DNA of 64,000 bases, from the NCBI GenBank assembly GCA_963422365.1, contig OY729426.1, forward strand, positions 448,001 through 512,000, in the 5' to 3' direction. Shown here piece by piece: positions 39,020 to 50,659 of this stretch (its first letter is position 1; each line of letters begins with the position of its first letter). The notes under the pieces were generated by a model. It searched no databases, was not told the origin of the DNA, and worked only from the letters and a program-made list of their open reading frames with translations. This stretch comes from Nitrospirales bacterium (lineage in GTDB: Bacteria; Nitrospirota; Nitrospiria; Nitrospirales; UBA8639). Both the position numbers and the translations under genes were made by a program.

Positions 39020-40048
39020 TCACCTCACCAATTCCTCGGCAATCTGGACGGCATTGAGGGCAGCCCCTTTGCGAAGATTATCCGCCACCACCCACAGATT
39101 GAGGCCTTGGGGAATGGAATCATCCTCACGAATCCGTCCCACAAACACCGCATCCGTTCCTGCCGAATGAATCTGCAGGGGATACACCGCGCGCGAGGGA
39201 TCATCGTACAATTGCACGCCTGGGGCAGTCGAGAGAATCGCTCGGGCTTCCGCTCCCGACAACTTTTTTTTTGTTTCGATATTAATCGATTCCGCATGAC
39301 TGACAAACACGGGCACTCGCACCGTGGTCGCGGAAATCCCAATCGATGAGTCACCCAGAATTTTTCGTGTTTCATTGACCATCTTCATTTCTTCCCGGGT
39401 AGAGCCCGACGGCAAAAAAGCATCGATGTGAGGCAAGCAGTTAAACGCGATTTGGTGCGGATACACCTTTGGTGTCACGTCACCGAAGTTCAACAACTGT
39501 CGACACTGTTGCGCCAATTCATCTACAGCCTCTTTCCCTGTGCCGGAAACCGCTTGATAGGTCGACACGACAATACGGGTGATCGTGGCATGGTCATGTA
39601 ACGGTTTGAGCACAACCACCATTTGAATGGTAGAGCAATTCGGGTTGGCAATCAGGCCCTGGTGTTTTTCAAGATCGTGGCGGTTCACTTCGGGGACGAC
39701 CAACGGAACGTGCGGGTCCATTCGCCAAGCCGAACTATTGTCTATCACCACCACCCCGGCTTTGACGGCAGCCGGCGCGTACTCTTTACTCACTGCGGCA
39801 CCGGCCGAGAACAATGCGATATCGACCCCGTGAAACGAGTCTTTGGTCAGCACTTGCACCTTGACATCGCCACCTCGAAACGACACTTCTCCACCTGCCG
39901 ACTTGGACGAAGCTAACGGGCACACCCGTTCGACGGGAAACTTTCGTTCTTCCAAGACCGCGAGCATTTCCGTGCCCACGGCGCCGGTGGCGCCGACGAC
40001 GGCGACGGCATAAGCCGATTGCTTCTTCATCTTATTGGGAGTGGCCAT
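39020..40048 (-). CDS. asd: Aspartate-semialdehyde dehydrogenase
   Basis: VGATGAVG, DNSSAWRM, ANPNCSTIQ, STYQAVSGTG, DNLRKGAALNAVQIAE. Confidence 0.97.
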   Translation of the reverse strand: MATPNKMKKQSAYAVAVVGATGAVGTEMLAVLEERKFPVERVCPLASSKSAGGEVSFRGGDVKVQVLTKDSFHGVDIALFSAGAAVSKEYAPAAVKAGVVVIDNSSAWRMDPHVPLVVPEVNRHDLEKHQGLIANPNCSTIQMVVVLKPLHDHATITRIVVSTYQAVSGTGKEAVDELAQQCRQLLNFGDVTPKVYPHQIAFNCLPHIDAFLPSGSTREEMKMVNETRKILGDSSIGISATTVRVPVFVSHAESINIETKKKLSGAEARAILSTAPGVQLYDDPSRAVYPLQIHSAGTDAVFVGRIREDDSIPQGLNLWVVADNLRKGAALNAVQIAEELVR

Positions 40049-40049
40049 T

Positions 40050-41264
40050 TCATGATTTTTCATGCATCACGACTCGGATACGATGGCTAAAGGTATCCGC
40101 GATGTACACATGCCCTCGGGAGTCAAGAGCAACACCGAACGGGTAGTTCAAACTACTGTGCACAGGGTTCTTCCCATCACCGGAAAACTCGGCCTTCCCA
40201 TTCCCGGCCAAGAGCGACATTTCTTGTTTCTGAAGATTCCAAACCCGGATCAAGTGGTTGTCGCTATCCGTTATGAACAGACGGCCGTCGGGATGAAGGG
40301 CAATGGCATACGGGCGAGACAGATTGGGAGAGGATTCATTCTCACCCGGTGCCAATCGAAAATCACCCGTTCCTCCTACCACCGTGGCAATCATTCCGGT
40401 TGCTCGATCCCACTTTCGAATCCGACCACTAAACGTATCGGCAATGTACAGATTCCCCTCGTGATCAACGGCAAGACCACTGGGACCGGCTAACGAGGTT
40501 TCAGGGCCCGGGGCACCATCGCCGTTATACCCCGACTCCCCGGTCCCTGCGACCGTCATCATCACCCCGGAGGTCAGATCAAGTTTTCGGATCCGGTTGT
40601 TGCTTTGATCAGCGAGGTACAAAGGACCACGCCCATCAAGGGCCAAGGCGACGGGTTCATTCAGGGCCGCCTTTACGGCAGGGCCATGATCGCCGTAAAA
40701 TTTCGCTTGGCCCGTTCCCGCTATGGTGGAGATGATCCCGGTGTGAGGATCAACCCGGCGAAGACGATGATTCCACGTATCGGCAATATACACTGTCCCA
40801 TCGTCAGCCACAGCCACGGCTGAGGGAAAATTGAGTGCGGCATTGATCGCCAAGTCACCATCACCTGAAAACCGCTGATCCTTCGATTGCGTCCCAGTCA
40901 CGTAGCGGACCATTCCACTCAAGTCGGGTTGTTGCGTGTAGGTGTCACCTGGGTTGCCTACGGGATCCGCTAAGGGATCTTCATCGTCTTCCACCCGTTC
41001 GCGCAAAGGCTCGGCAGGCCTCGAAGGGAGCTCGTCGCGCCGGCGGGTTCCAGCTATCGTCGTAATGATCCCTGTCCGTGCATCAACCTTTCGCACCAAA
41101 TGATTTTCCGAATCAGCGATGTAGAGATGACCGGCAGCGTCGAGGGCAATATTTTTGGGTTCGTTTAAAAGAGCCGTGGTGGCCGAACCGGCATCCCCCG
41201 CGTAACCGGGCTCTCCTGTCCCGGCGATGGTGCCGATAGTGCCGGCTTGAATCGCTTTCAGCAT
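40050..41264 (-). CDS. NHL-repeat beta-propeller protein
   Basis: Repeated LYIAD..NH.IR..D..TG.I.TIAGTG..G..GD units. Confidence 0.9.
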   Translation of the reverse strand: MLKAIQAGTIGTIAGTGEPGYAGDAGSATTALLNEPKNIALDAAGHLYIADSENHLVRKVDARTGIITTIAGTRRRDELPSRPAEPLRERVEDDEDPLADPVGNPGDTYTQQPDLSGMVRYVTGTQSKDQRFSGDGDLAINAALNFPSAVAVADDGTVYIADTWNHRLRRVDPHTGIISTIAGTGQAKFYGDHGPAVKAALNEPVALALDGRGPLYLADQSNNRIRKLDLTSGVMMTVAGTGESGYNGDGAPGPETSLAGPSGLAVDHEGNLYIADTFSGRIRKWDRATGMIATVVGGTGDFRLAPGENESSPNLSRPYAIALHPDGRLFITDSDNHLIRVWNLQKQEMSLLAGNGKAEFSGDGKNPVHSSLNYPFGVALDSRGHVYIADTFSHRIRVVMHEKS

Positions 41265-41282
41265 CTCACCCTTCCCTTCCGC

Positions 41283-42359
41283 CTATCTTGCACCTATATT
41301 CTGAATGATACGGGTGCCCATCTCTTGAGTGCCGACGAGTGTGGTCCCTGGCGCTTCAATGTCTCTGGTTCGATAACCGTGGCCCAACGCGGTTTGAATG
41401 GCGTTTTCGATGAGATCCGCTTCTTTCCCTAAGTCAAACGAATACCGCAGCATCATCGCGCCAGAGGCAATCATGCCGATGGGGTTGGCCGCATCCGTGC
41501 CCGCAATATCCGGCGCACTGCCGTGAATGGGCTCATACATGCCGACGACGGCGCCGATACTCGCCGACGGCAACATCCCAATCGATCCGGTTAACATGGC
41601 GGCTTCATCACTTAAAATATCACCAAACAAATTCGTCGTCAGAATGACATCAAACTGCCGGGGATTCCGAACCAGTTGCATCGCACAATTGTCGACATAC
41701 ATGTGTCGCAGGTCTACGTCTTGGTAGTCTTTGTGAACCGCAATGACGACCTCCCTCCACAACTCCGAGGATTCCAGCACGTTCGCCTTATCGATAGAGG
41801 TAACGAAACCCCGGCGTTTTCGCGCGATGTCGAAGGCGACTTTGGCAATCCGCGTAATTTCTTCCGTGGTGTAGACTTCGGTATTAAATCCACGATGTCC
41901 GGTCGGCGTCGCCTCCACGCCCTTGGGCGTACCAAAATAAATACCGCCCGTCAGCTCACGTACCACCAACACGTCAATGCCTTCGATGACCTCGCGTTTG
42001 AGGGTCGAGGCATCGGCCAATTCCGAATGCAGTTTGGCCGGCCGAAGATTCGCAAACAGTCCGAGTTGTTCTCGCAGGCCCAGCAACGCGCGTTCCGGTC
42101 GCCGCTCATAATCAAGCCCTTCCCATCGGGGTCCGCCCACTGCTCCTAACAAGACCGCGTCGCTGGATTGGGCAACCTGCAAGGTCTTGTTCGGCAACGG
42201 CCAGCCGGTCTCGTCAATGGCCTGCCCACCTACTGCCGCAGAAACAAACTCAAACGAATGGCCGCATCGTTTACCGACAGCCTGTAAAACATTGATGGCC
42301 GCAGGGACAATCTCCGGGCCAATACCGTCCCCTGCCAATACCGCAATCTTCTTATTCAT
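41283..42359 (-). CDS. leuB: 3-isopropylmalate dehydrogenase
   Basis: [49 protein letters not shown]. Confidence 0.97.
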   Translation of the reverse strand: MNKKIAVLAGDGIGPEIVPAAINVLQAVGKRCGHSFEFVSAAVGGQAIDETGWPLPNKTLQVAQSSDAVLLGAVGGPRWEGLDYERRPERALLGLREQLGLFANLRPAKLHSELADASTLKREVIEGIDVLVVRELTGGIYFGTPKGVEATPTGHRGFNTEVYTTEEITRIAKVAFDIARKRRGFVTSIDKANVLESSELWREVVIAVHKDYQDVDLRHMYVDNCAMQLVRNPRQFDVILTTNLFGDILSDEAAMLTGSIGMLPSASIGAVVGMYEPIHGSAPDIAGTDAANPIGMIASGAMMLRYSFDLGKEADLIENAIQTALGHGYRTRDIEAPGTTLVGTQEMGTRIIQNIGAR

Positions 42360-42392
42360 AGAAAGGGCCTTGCCCGTCCTGACCTTTCATTT

Positions 42393-43940
42393 TTAACAGA
42401 GCCCGATGTTGTGTCCCGTGTCCGCCCGACGCTCCAATTGTGAAGCCAGTTTGTTCAGCGCGTTTAAATACGCTTGGGCCGACGCCACGATAATGTCGGT
42501 ATCGGCGCCATTACCGGTGACGGTTTCACCGCCTTGTTCCAACCGCACCGACACCTCTCCTTGTGCATCCGTCCCGCCGGTAATCGCCTTGACCACATAG
42601 GACAACAAGTGACTTTTGGTTTGCGTCATGTGGGCAATCGTTCGATACACGGCATCGACCGGCCCATCCCCCATCCCCGTCTCTTTTTTGATCTGTCCTT
42701 CGACGTGTAATTCCACGGTCGCGGTGGGCACCTGATTCATCCCACTTTGCGTGTTCATGGCTTTCAAGGAGTACCGTTCAGGAACTTTGGTGGCGGCCTC
42801 CGACACGATGGACTCTAAATCCTCCTCAAACAATTCTTTTTTCTGATCCGCGAGCCGTTTGAATCGATTAAACGCGGCATTCATTTCTTCGTCCGTGAGA
42901 GAATATCCCAACTTCGCTAATTCTGCCCGAAAGGCATGGCGACCGGACAGCTTCCCCATGACCAGGCGGCTTTGCGTTAACCCGATGGAATCCGGCCGCA
43001 TAATTTCATACGTGTTTTTATCCTTGAGCAACCCGTCTTGATGGATCCCTGAGGTATGAGCAAATGCATTCGCCCCGACGATGGCTTTATTGGGTTGGAC
43101 GACCATCCCCGTGATCTTGCTGACCAGACGACTGGCCTTCGAGATTTCTTCGGTACGAACGTGGGTTTCGGCATCATAAAAATCTTTCCGGGTCCGCAAC
43201 CCCATTACAATTTCTTCCAATGACGCATTGCCGGCTCGTTCGCCGATTCCGTTGACGGTGCATTCCACTTGTCCGGCCCCCGCATGGATGGCAGCCATTG
43301 AATTGGCAACCGCCAACCCTAAATCATTGTGGCAATGGACGGAGATGATCGCTCGATCGCAATCACGAACTCGCGTCCGGAGTGTACGAATAATTTCTTC
43401 AAATTCCTTAGGGGTCGTGTACCCCACCGTATCGGGAATATTCACCGTACCCGCGCCGGCATCAACGACCGCTTCTGCCACCTCACACAGATAGGAAACA
43501 TCCGACCGCGTCGCGTCCATCGGGGAAAACTCGACGTCATCGACGTAGCTTCGCGCATGTTGCACCATCTCGACCGCACGCGTGAGGGCTTGCTCCCTCG
43601 TCATGCGAAACTGATGTTTCAGATGAATATCCGATGTGGATAAAAAAGTGTGAATGCGCGGCTTGGGTGCCCCTTTCAACGCCTTCCACGCTGAATCAAT
43701 ATCGTCGGGTTTGGCGCGTGCCAAACTACAGACAGTCGGGCCTTGAACCTCCTGGCCAATGCGTTGCACCGCCTCAAAGTCGCCGGGGGAACTCATGGCA
43801 AATCCGGCTTCGATAATATCCACGTTCAATCGAGCCAGTTGTTTCGCGACCAACACTTTTTCTTCCACATTCATGCTGGCCCCCGGAGACTGCTCTCCGT
43901 CTCGCAGGGTCGTATCGAAAATTCTAATGTGTCGTCTCAT
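42393..43940 (-). CDS. leuA: 2-isopropylmalate synthase
   Basis: FDTTLRDGEQSPG, HCHNDLG, NGIGERAGN, GIHQDG, GKLSGRHA, C-terminal regulatory domain. Confidence 0.97.
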   Translation of the reverse strand: MRRHIRIFDTTLRDGEQSPGASMNVEEKVLVAKQLARLNVDIIEAGFAMSSPGDFEAVQRIGQEVQGPTVCSLARAKPDDIDSAWKALKGAPKPRIHTFLSTSDIHLKHQFRMTREQALTRAVEMVQHARSYVDDVEFSPMDATRSDVSYLCEVAEAVVDAGAGTVNIPDTVGYTTPKEFEEIIRTLRTRVRDCDRAIISVHCHNDLGLAVANSMAAIHAGAGQVECTVNGIGERAGNASLEEIVMGLRTRKDFYDAETHVRTEEISKASRLVSKITGMVVQPNKAIVGANAFAHTSGIHQDGLLKDKNTYEIMRPDSIGLTQSRLVMGKLSGRHAFRAELAKLGYSLTDEEMNAAFNRFKRLADQKKELFEEDLESIVSEAATKVPERYSLKAMNTQSGMNQVPTATVELHVEGQIKKETGMGDGPVDAVYRTIAHMTQTKSHLLSYVVKAITGGTDAQGEVSVRLEQGGETVTGNGADTDIIVASAQAYLNALNKLASQLERRADTGHNIGLC

Positions 43941-44049
43941 TGCCCATGCTCCTCACAAGAGGATTCACTGCTGTCCGACAAAACACGCCAGGATCGATGC
44001 TCATGAAGCCTTGCTTCTAGCCTTCTTCAATCAAACCGGCTCCAACAAT

Positions 44050-44083
44050 AAAAAAGCCTTCACCCCGATGAGGTGAAGGCTTT
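44050..44083 (-). terminator. Intrinsic terminator of the leuA leader
   Basis: AAAGCCUUCACCUC-AUC-GGGGUGAAGGCUUUUUU. Confidence 0.85.
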
Positions 44084-44101
44084 CTACCTGTTTCGGGGTC
44101 A

Positions 44102-44146
44102 TCAGGGGGTCGCTGATGGTTCCAGAAGACCTGACAGTGTTAGCAC
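44102..44146 (-). CDS. Putative leucine attenuator leader peptide (MLTLSGLLEPSATP)
   Basis: GTG CTA ACA CTG TCA GGT CTT CTG ... TGA; 4 Leu codons in the first 8; AGGTG SD-like sequence; directly upstream of the terminator and leuA. Confidence 0.65.
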   Translation of the reverse strand: MLTLSGLLEPSATP

Positions 44147-44201
44147 CTCGTCACCTAAGAGAAGGGTGCCCCTTCCTTTTCCTTGGCATTGATCCATTCG
44201 A

Positions 44202-45023
44202 TCAGTCCTCTGAATCCGACACCACGGACGTCGGAGCCTGCGTTTCTCGTGGTGCTCCAACGGTGACGACACTCCAGCCTTTTTCCAACAAACCGGAACT
44301 CACGTATCCCACACAAATCAAAAACAACATCAGTTGAGGATAGGCCATGATGGACACCAGAATCAAGACAGCCCAGACTAAATACATAAAATGATGCTGG
44401 CCTTCGAACTTCAATTGTTTCACGCTGCGGTACTTCACCGTACTTACCATGAGAAACGCCATCAACAAACTCAACGCAATCACCACCGAGGGCAGGACGT
44501 CTTCCGACAGGTGGCCGATGTGCTCGTTGAAAATATAAAACGTCGAGAGAAAACCCGCCGCCGCCGGAATGGGCAACCCGGTAAAAAATCGATTATCCCC
44601 GCTGCTCGCCACGATGACGTTAAACCGGGCTAAGCGAAGTGCACCACAGGCCACATACGCGAACATAATCGCCGCCCCTAACATCCCGGGGGACTTCAGC
44701 ACCCATGCATAAATCAAAAAGCCCGGGGCAAGTCCGAATGAAATGAGATCCGACAACGAATCGTATTCCACTCCAAACTCGCTTGTGCTATCCATCAAAC
44801 GGGCGGACGTGCCATCCAAGACGTCAAACACCATCGCAATCAAGATCGCAATCGCCGCTGCTTCCAGGCGACCATGAAACACCAACACCACCGAGGCCAA
44901 TCCGCTAAACAAATTGCCGGTGGTGAGGATATTGGGGATCAGATGAATTCCCCGGCGGCGTTTCCCCTCTTTATTTTTAAAAATCTGCCCCTTCATGCGA
45001 TTTTGAAATATGTGGCCTTTCAT
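44202..45023 (-). CDS. pssA: CDP-diacylglycerol--serine O-phosphatidyltransferase
   Basis: IPNILTTGNL, DVLDG..AR....SEFG.EYDSLSD.ISFG.AP, LRLARFN, F.GLP.P; adjacent to psd. Confidence 0.95.
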   Translation of the reverse strand: MKGHIFQNRMKGQIFKNKEGKRRRGIHLIPNILTTGNLFSGLASVVLVFHGRLEAAAIAILIAMVFDVLDGTSARLMDSTSEFGVEYDSLSDLISFGLAPGFLIYAWVLKSPGMLGAAIMFAYVACGALRLARFNVIVASSGDNRFFTGLPIPAAAGFLSTFYIFNEHIGHLSEDVLPSVVIALSLLMAFLMVSTVKYRSVKQLKFEGQHHFMYLVWAVLILVSIMAYPQLMLFLICVGYVSSGLLEKGWSVVTVGAPRETQAPTSVVSDSED

Positions 45024-45670
45024 GTGAACTCCGCAAGTATGGATTCCCCCCCTTTGACTCGATCCCCGACTCGGACGCGGACTCGGCTCTCCACGGGAAC
45101 AAAGGTATCCATCCGAGAGCCGAATCGAATGAGGCCGAATCGTTCACCGGGGACGGCCGTATCACCGGGCTGCACCCAACAGGCAATGCGCCGCGCAAGG
45201 AGCCCGGCGACCTGCACGCAGAGCACTTTTTTCTTCGACGGGGTTTCAATCATCAGCGCATTCTGTTCATTGTGTACCGTCGCTTCAGAATCTCTCGCGT
45301 CGAGGAACCGGCCTGGCTGGTAGGCCATATCCACGATGGTGCCCACACAGGGTATTCGATTGATATGCACGTCAAAAACGTTGAGAAAGATACTGATCCG
45401 GACACTCTGCTCTTTCAAATATCTTGGTTCAAATTCCTTTTGAATCGAGAGCACCTCCCCGTCGCCAGAAGCCAGAATCAGGTCATCACCCCGCGGGATC
45501 GTACGAGAAGGATTTCGAAAAAACCAGCTGGTAAAACACGCGAAGGCGCCAAAGGCCACGGCGGTTTTTCGCCAACCCAACAACCTGGCTAACACAGCCG
45601 GGGCCGCCGCTCCCACGATGAAAGGCAACCCTTCCCGAGCGATGGGGAGACCTTTTGCACGATCAGCCAT
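45020..45670 (-). CDS. psd: Phosphatidylserine decarboxylase proenzyme
   Basis: WFFRNP.R, IFLNVFDVHINR.P, QVAGLLARRI, FGSRMD cleavage site. Confidence 0.95.
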   Translation of the reverse strand: MADRAKGLPIAREGLPFIVGAAAPAVLARLLGWRKTAVAFGAFACFTSWFFRNPSRTIPRGDDLILASGDGEVLSIQKEFEPRYLKEQSVRISIFLNVFDVHINRIPCVGTIVDMAYQPGRFLDARDSEATVHNEQNALMIETPSKKKVLCVQVAGLLARRIACWVQPGDTAVPGERFGLIRFGSRMDTFVPVESRVRVRVGDRVKGGESILAEFT

Positions 45671-45699
45671 GCTGACTCATTTCGCGAGTGTCCTCCGGC

Positions 45700-46728
<1,029 letters not shown>

Positions 46729-47796
46729 CTACTTCTTTTGTGCAGGCATCAAAGGTTCTTTTCGTGCGAGCTTGTCTTGCACTTCCTGCATAGCAGCTTC
46801 AATTTTCACAAACCTTTCTGCCGACCCCGGATGGGTACTCGAATAAATGGCTGCCTCATTCGTCTGGCCATGACTCTCCTGCGCCATCTTACGCCACATA
46901 TTCGCAGCATCTGTTACATCAGAGCCAGCACGAGCGGCGAAATAAACACCAAGATAGTCGGCTTCCAATTCAAACTCCTTAGAGTAAGCCTGCTGACCTG
47001 CCTGCATGCCAGCTCGCATTCCGGCTGTTTGTGTGTTAACACCAGCGGCAGCGGCGACAACATCAAGCAACAATCCGGCAAAGCCGCCTATTATTTGATT
47101 TGTCCTACTCCGAGTAAGATGGCCAAGGGTATTGTGCGCCATCTCATGTCCGATAACTAACGCTAATTCATCATCTTCAAGAAAACGCATCATCCCCGTC
47201 GTCACAAAAATTTGACTGCCGTCTGCGAATGCATTGATCTCGGAATTTTCCATAATGTTGATCGGCATGTCACAAACTTGAACAGCAGCGACTTCAACAA
47301 CCGAACGAACCCCCTCTGGATCAATCAACTCAAATCTCGAACGAGATTTACTGCCTAACGCTTCATTGACATCTTCTAAATGTTCAAAGTCTTTTTTATT
47401 AATTTTTAAAATCTTCGATCCTTCAGCGACTCCAGCCTTCTCCATAGGACTTCCGGGCGTTACGTCAATAATTGTCAATTGATCTCCATAGAAATTGAGG
47501 ACTGTTTGACGATAGTTTTCATTAAACATCTTAGGCGAAATAAAATGAAAACCATAACGAAAAACATTCTGCTCGCAAAACTCTCGATTCGCAGTAATAA
47601 GAGGAAACGATACCCGAGCAATTCTTTTAGATCGGTCAAGGGTTTTCTTTATGTAAAGAAGTTTTTGCTTTTTTTGTTCTTGTTCAACAAGTTTAGAGTC
47701 AATTTGAGGTACAGCAAGTTTCGTCCCACATGCCGACGCCATTAAAATTGACGAAGCAATAGCTATCCCAAAGACAAATGTTCCCATCGCCTTCAT
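46729..47796 (-). CDS. M48 family metallopeptidase lipoprotein with PDZ domain
   Basis: Lipobox (MASAC), PDZ-like segment, INAFA, GHEMAH, E.EADYLG, STHP...R; AT-rich. Confidence 0.88.
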   Translation of the reverse strand: MKAMGTFVFGIAIASSILMASACGTKLAVPQIDSKLVEQEQKKQKLLYIKKTLDRSKRIARVSFPLITANREFCEQNVFRYGFHFISPKMFNENYRQTVLNFYGDQLTIIDVTPGSPMEKAGVAEGSKILKINKKDFEHLEDVNEALGSKSRSRFELIDPEGVRSVVEVAAVQVCDMPINIMENSEINAFADGSQIFVTTGMMRFLEDDELALVIGHEMAHNTLGHLTRSRTNQIIGGFAGLLLDVVAAAAGVNTQTAGMRAGMQAGQQAYSKEFELEADYLGVYFAARAGSDVTDAANMWRKMAQESHGQTNEAAIYSSTHPGSAERFVKIEAAMQEVQDKLARKEPLMPAQKK

Positions 47797-47824
47797 CTTT
47801 TTTTCTTTTTACCTCGAAAAGCCA

Positions 47825-48346
47825 CTAGTTGGCTTTGGCAAGCGGACGCGACTGATTCACCACCGTGCGAACAGGTTCTCGTGCAATGGCAATCCGGCCA
47901 GTCCTGACGATTTCCTTAATGCCAAGAGGTTGGAGCAACTGGATCATGGCGTGAATTTTTTGCACGTCACCCGTGACTTCAATCGTATACGATGTTGGGG
48001 ATGAATCAACCACGTTCGCTCGAAATATATCCGCAATCCGCAGGGCCTCGGCTCGATCCGCCGATCGGGCGTGCACTTTAATCAAGGCGCTTTCACGGAT
48101 GACGGCGTCACTTTCATTGAGGTCAACCACCTTAATGACATCGATGACTTTATTCAGTTGTTTGAGGATTTGTTCAATGATGTGCCCATCCCCATTTGTG
48201 ACAATGGTCATCATCGACACAGTCGGGTCGAGCGTGGGCGCAACCGACAAACTTTCGATATTAAACCCTCGCCCGCTAAACAAACCTGCGACCCGGGATA
48301 AGGCCCCGGATTTATTTTCCAATGTCACGGCAATAATATGTTCCAC
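47825..48346 (-). CDS. ilvN: Acetolactate synthase small subunit
   Basis: LENKSGALSRVAGLFSGRGFNIESLSV, EQILKQLNK, EIVRTG. Confidence 0.96.
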   Translation of the reverse strand: MEHIIAVTLENKSGALSRVAGLFSGRGFNIESLSVAPTLDPTVSMMTIVTNGDGHIIEQILKQLNKVIDVIKVVDLNESDAVIRESALIKVHARSADRAEALRIADIFRANVVDSSPTSYTIEVTGDVQKIHAMIQLLQPLGIKEIVRTGRIAIAREPVRTVVNQSRPLAKAN

Positions 48347-48395
48347 AACGACCTTGCCTCGTGTACGCCGTTCCAAAAAGCTTCGCCTGCACGCC

Positions 48396-50174
48396 CTACG
48401 CAGTCAAAATGATGTCTCTGCTTTCCTCGTGTCCCGTTGCCTCCGTTGTTTGTCGCTTTTGCAACTCGGGAGGATCTTCCAAAATCATTTCATGGTTGCA
48501 TCCACCGGACGGAATCATAGGATAACAATTCTCAAATTGGTCAACCGGCACATCAACGAAGACCGGCTTATCAATCGCGATCGCCTCTTGAATGCCGTCA
48601 TCCACATCATTGACCGTTTGGATGCGAAGCCCGGCGGCACCATAGGCTTCCGCAAGTTTCACGAAATCCGGGGTTTGGTCCAAATAGCTGCACGCATAGC
48701 GCCCTTCATAGAACAGATCTTGCCACTGTCGCACCATCCCATGGAACCGGTTGTTGATGATAAACACTTTGACCGGCAGTTTTTCGATCACAGCCGTGGC
48801 CAATTCCTGAGTGTTCATTTGGACACTCCCGTCACCCGCAATACACAACACGAGTCGATGACGAAAGGCCGCCTGTGCTCCTAAGGCCGCGGGGAACCCA
48901 AAGCCCATCGTCCCCAACCCACCCGACGTGAGCCACGTATTCGGATTAGCGAGATGAAAGTATTGCGCCGCCCACATTTGATGTTGTCCCACATCAGTCG
49001 AAACAATCGGATCACGATTTTTGGTCAGCTGATACATCCGATCGATCAAATACTGCGGCTTGATCAATTTCTGGGCATCTTGGTTGTAGCTGAGGGGGTG
49101 GGCGGTCTTCCACTCATTCAGTTGATCCCACCACGGCTTGCGCCATTCCTTTTGGTCACCGTTCACCGTCGCGCGCAACAGACTGTTCAATTCCTGAAGC
49201 ACACATTTACAATCACCCACAATAGGAACATCCACGTGAATGTTCTTGCGAATCGATGTCGGATCAATATCGATATGGATAATTTTGGCATTCGGACAAA
49301 ACTCGGAGACTTTCCCAGTGACGCGATCATCAAACCGGGCGCCTACCGCAATAACCAGATCGGAATAATGGATGGCCATATTGGCTACATAGGTGCCATG
49401 CATGCCGAGCATCCCCAAGGATAATGGATGTTGACCGGGAAAGGCCCCCAAAGCCATTAAGGTTTGATTCACGGGGATCTGAGTCATCTCGGCTAATTCG
49501 CGAGCCTCTGCGGAAGCACCGGACAACTGAACTCCCCCGCCAAGGTACAGGATAGGCCGACGAGACTTCATGATGGCATCAGCGGCTTGTTTGATTTTCC
49601 ACTTGCTGCCTTCATAGGTCGGATTGTAGCCACGAATCGAGACGGAGTTCGGATATTTAAAATCAGCTTTGTTCATGGAAATATCTTTGGGAATGTCCAC
49701 TAACACGGGACCAGGTCTTCCGGTGGATGCGATGTAGAACGCTTCTTTAATGGTCTGCGCCATATCATTCACGTCCTTCACCAAAAAGTTATATTTCGTG
49801 CAGGGACGGCTGAGCCCGATATTGTCGGCTTCTTGAAAGGCATCGTTCCCAATGAGCGCCGTGGGGACCTGACCGGAAAAGCACACCATCGGCACGGAAT
49901 CCATGTAGGCATCGGCCAAGGCGGTGATCACGTTGGTCATGCCGGGACCCGACGTAATCAAGGCCACCCCGGGTTTCCCCGTGGCTTTCGCATAGCCTTC
50001 CGCCATATGGCCGGCAGCTTGCTCATGTCGAGTTAAAATGACTTCAATCTGCTTTTGTTGATGCAGGACATCGAAAATTTTCAGGACCACCCCGCCGGGA
50101 AGAGCAAAAATCGTTTTCACGCCTTCCCGATTCAAGGCTTCCACAAAAATTTCGGCTCCTGTAATCTGTGCCAT
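48396..50174 (-). CDS. ilvB: Acetolactate synthase large subunit
   Basis: [50 protein letters not shown]. Confidence 0.97.
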   Translation of the reverse strand: MAQITGAEIFVEALNREGVKTIFALPGGVVLKIFDVLHQQKQIEVILTRHEQAAGHMAEGYAKATGKPGVALITSGPGMTNVITALADAYMDSVPMVCFSGQVPTALIGNDAFQEADNIGLSRPCTKYNFLVKDVNDMAQTIKEAFYIASTGRPGPVLVDIPKDISMNKADFKYPNSVSIRGYNPTYEGSKWKIKQAADAIMKSRRPILYLGGGVQLSGASAEARELAEMTQIPVNQTLMALGAFPGQHPLSLGMLGMHGTYVANMAIHYSDLVIAVGARFDDRVTGKVSEFCPNAKIIHIDIDPTSIRKNIHVDVPIVGDCKCVLQELNSLLRATVNGDQKEWRKPWWDQLNEWKTAHPLSYNQDAQKLIKPQYLIDRMYQLTKNRDPIVSTDVGQHQMWAAQYFHLANPNTWLTSGGLGTMGFGFPAALGAQAAFRHRLVLCIAGDGSVQMNTQELATAVIEKLPVKVFIINNRFHGMVRQWQDLFYEGRYACSYLDQTPDFVKLAEAYGAAGLRIQTVNDVDDGIQEAIAIDKPVFVDVPVDQFENCYPMIPSGGCNHEMILEDPPELQKRQTTEATGHEESRDIILTA

Positions 50175-50659
50175 GATCTTCCTCACCTGTTTGAACCATG
50201 ATCGGTTCGGTTAAGAATCTCTCCTTAAGTGACTTGGCGGTTGCTACCGAAGAAACCTAATGGTTTCGATAGGTTGCGCCCTAAAACTTGCTATGATAAA
50301 CCTGCGTTATCCACAAGTCAACTGAGTGTTCTGGTTCAAGACAGATGAGGCAAATCAGGTCGCCTGTTCATACGCCATGGGAATGAGTCAATCATCATCC
50401 CCTCATGGGGCGACAGGTGTTGTCGCCAATCAGGTCCTTCATCGGTTGTTGGTTGCCTGTAGCGGCCACATCTTATGCGGCCGTTTGTTTGGGGCGACAT
50501 GAGGCATGTCCCTGCCCCGTACTCCGATACGGGGAATGGCGCAGCTACGATCAGATTTCCACATGCGACGACGATCCACCAAGACGTTTCAACACTGCGC
50601 AGTACACTGTTCCAATGCTCCTCTACGACCGTAACCCTGTCCCCCATGATGCTGCACCC

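Noticed and set aside
44202..45670. psd-pssA inside a branched-chain amino acid cluster
   Set aside because: To my knowledge this arrangement is common in Deltaproteobacteria-like and Nitrospirota genomes, so not novel.
47973..48884. 303-aa plus-strand ORF and similar long antisense ORFs (e.g. 52887-53852, 23624-24256)
   Set aside because: Shadow frames of well-supported genes, with no recognisable motifs.
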